A DNA stretch of 24,377 bases, from IMG/VR virus record IMGVR_UViG_3300021791_000011, positions 1 to 24,377 of that record; one strand, given 5' to 3'. This stretch comes from a virus (Duplodnaviria > Caudoviricetes). This document shows positions 22,653-24,377 of this stretch, piece by piece (the stretch's first letter is position 1; each line of letters starts with the position of its first letter). The position numbers were made by a program, and so were the translations under genes. A model generated the notes under the pieces. The model was given only the letters and a program-made list of their open reading frames with translations. It did no database searches and had not been told where the DNA came from.

Positions 22653-24377
22653 ATGCCTCCCAGAAACTGCTGCCGGAAGCGCATATATATCAAAAAATAC
22701 GACGCGGATGGCGAATTCCTGTGGGAGACAGGCCCGACTTATGGCGGATTAACTGCTGAGGATGGACCGTCGCCGCACCCGCTAGGTATGTCATTCGCTG
22801 CCGATCTTGATGGGTCGTACCTGTATGGAACAGATGGATTCCATCTGTGGAGCTTTAACCCGTCTACTGGTGCGCAAGTCTCTGTTGTCAAAGACACGTA
22901 TAACTGGTTCATGGACAGCCAGCCCGATTCGACAATAGCGTTCGATCCTGAGAATGGATACCGAATGGCGATCACGTCGTCGGGAACGATCGTCACCCCT
23001 GCTCCCCCGGGGGGAAAGGTGTACCTGGTCCACCAGGCCGCTGGCGAGGCGATAATACCGCTCATGCCAGTTAAATCTGGAACTTTCACTCTTGCTCTCG
23101 TGTCTGCCGGAGAAGTCGCAGGGCCATTGAACTGGAATTGCACTGCGCTACAGGTTGAGACTGCCCTCGCGGCTCTTCCGTCGATTTCTGACGTAACGGC
23201 GTCAGGTGGTCCATATCCAACGGCTCCTATTGCTATCGAATATGAGCTCGCCGGCGTTAACGAGCTACTTGTGATGAATTCATCTCTCGTGAACGCGCGG
23301 TTCATGGAGATTTCCGCCGACCTCACTGAGATTTTGCAGGATTCTGGCACAGCCAGCTACGGAGACGGTACTGACGGCGGCGGAGAAGGCTGGTGGTTGT
23401 CTCTCGACGAGGATGATCGGGTCTACATAACCACGTTCGAGACCCTTGAATGGTGCGCGTACAGGCTTGCAGACGACCTCAGCCAAGACTGGAAAACGGT
23501 TGTTCTCAACTCAATAACAGACACTTTGCCATACACGGGTGCGCCGATGCGGATTACCGGAGCATCGGCAGCGTATGGCGGCGGTATGAACGTCAGTCAT
23601 ACGTCGATCGAATTCCCCGGTGATCCTGACGCCGATCAGGTTACCGCTCTGGACGAGGACGGCGACATCGACGGCCGCCATGATGAGGAGATGCTGATCA
23701 CAGGAAGGGTGTGCACGGACGATGAAGGCGAATATTGCGTGCAGGGCTGGACGAACTGGAAATTGCTAATGGGGCACACGCCGGCGATAGCAGACCCGCC
23801 AGCTACAGGCGTCATTAACGGCAGTAACCACGACGTTGCGCCACAGGGCGGCACAGCATTTCGATCTAACGGCCGTTTGCTAGACTTCCGTGGGGACCGT
23901 ATCCTTGTTAGTGAGGAACCTCGTGATCGTGGGCTGCGTCCTGAGACCGCGATACCCAACATTGAACTTGTGGATTTCGACGGTAACTACATTTGGGACG
24001 GGTACTCTATGATACTCGACACCCTGACCATGAGTGAATTTGCTTTCGCGTACCACCCTCGCGCGAGATTTACCGGAGGCACGTTCAGGATCGAGCTGTA
24101 TCACCCCTTTGATTTATCCGTTCCTGAATATACAACCTCCAGCATAAACTATGATGCGTCAGCGTCTGATATCGAGGCTGCACTTGAATCACTCGATCCT
24201 GTTGGCGATGACCCAGACGCGGTAACGGTAACGCTGATCGATGCGTCGCTGCTGTTCCGTGTCAAGTTCTCGGTTGCAGATTGTGCTGATGTGACCTTCA
24301 TGCAGCACCCGCTCATGACGTTAGGAATAGACGACACTGGTATAACAAGGACCGTCTCCGATCATATTATCATGTAT
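22653..24377 (+). CDS. Large tail/receptor-binding protein, beta-propeller-like with two inserted repeat domains; truncated by the window end (not in ORF track)
   Basis: Manual translation is open for 575 codons from MPPRNCCRKRIYIKKYDADGEFLW. Blade-like motifs LWSFNPSTG, LDEDDRVYI, VTALDEDG and IELVDFDGNYIW. Confidence 0.85.
   Translation, partial: MPPRNCCRKRIYIKKYDADGEFLWETGPTYGGLTAEDGPSPHPLGMSFAADLDGSYLYGTDGFHLWSFNPSTGAQVSVVKDTYNWFMDSQPDSTIAFDPENGYRMAITSSGTIVTPAPPGGKVYLVHQAAGEAIIPLMPVKSGTFTLALVSAGEVAGPLNWNCTALQVETALAALPSISDVTASGGPYPTAPIAIEYELAGVNELLVMNSSLVNARFMEISADLTEILQDSGTASYGDGTDGGGEGWWLSLDEDDRVYITTFETLEWCAYRLADDLSQDWKTVVLNSITDTLPYTGAPMRITGASAAYGGGMNVSHTSIEFPGDPDADQVTALDEDGDIDGRHDEEMLITGRVCTDDEGEYCVQGWTNWKLLMGHTPAIADPPATGVINGSNHDVAPQGGTAFRSNGRLLDFRGDRILVSEEPRDRGLRPETAIPNIELVDFDGNYIWDGYSMILDTLTMSEFAFAYHPRARFTGGTFRIELYHPFDLSVPEYTTSSINYDASASDIEAALESLDPVGDDPDAVTVTLIDASLLFRVKFSVADCADVTFMQHPLMTLGIDDTGITRTVSDHIIMY

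Larger units (their letters stand above)
1..24377. mobile_element. Tailed phage/prophage segment (HK97-like head, non-contractile tail)
   Basis: Contiguous HNH-terS-terL-portal-protease-capsid-neck-tail tube-chaperone-tape measure order, with many coupled stop/start overlaps. No sheath gene, and no element ends or att sites in the window. Confidence 0.95.

Noticed and set aside
3980-24377. Diversity-generating retroelement or invertible fibre switch acting on the fibres
   Set aside because: No reverse transcriptase or recombinase, and I found no adenine-variant template/variable repeat pair or inversion sites by eye.

Overview
The window is almost entirely a tailed dsDNA phage or prophage (siphovirus-like, HK97-type). 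No integrase, att site or clear host housekeeping gene is visible, so prophage versus free virus cannot be decided. Positions 1-1435 hold three leftward genes of unknown function, each preceded by a related short leader motif. Positions 1436-2042 are a divergent control region with palindromes, a sigma70-like promoter and a tandem AACCGGAC array. From 2043 onward is one rightward late operon. It starts with a membrane-anchored trypsin-like protease and three small coupled ORFs. Next come two fibre proteins that both begin MPLGLGLG, a small candidate spike-base protein, a holin-like protein and an adaptor-like protein. The head module follows (HNH, TerS, TerL, portal, ClpP-type prohead protease, major capsid), then the neck genes, tail tube, a tail chaperone with a -1 frameshift, a short tape measure and tail-tip genes. 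The last gene is a >575-aa beta-propeller-like protein missing from the ORF track and truncated by the window end. The best candidates for something new are (i) a two-fibre plug-in capsid-spike system resembling the RcGTA head spike, (ii) a protease-led cassette where no endolysin is recognisable, and (iii) a repeat-delimited array of leftward genes. A Planctomycetota host is my impression from the accessory protein types and is unverified. All product calls come from motif reading and synteny; no database search was run.
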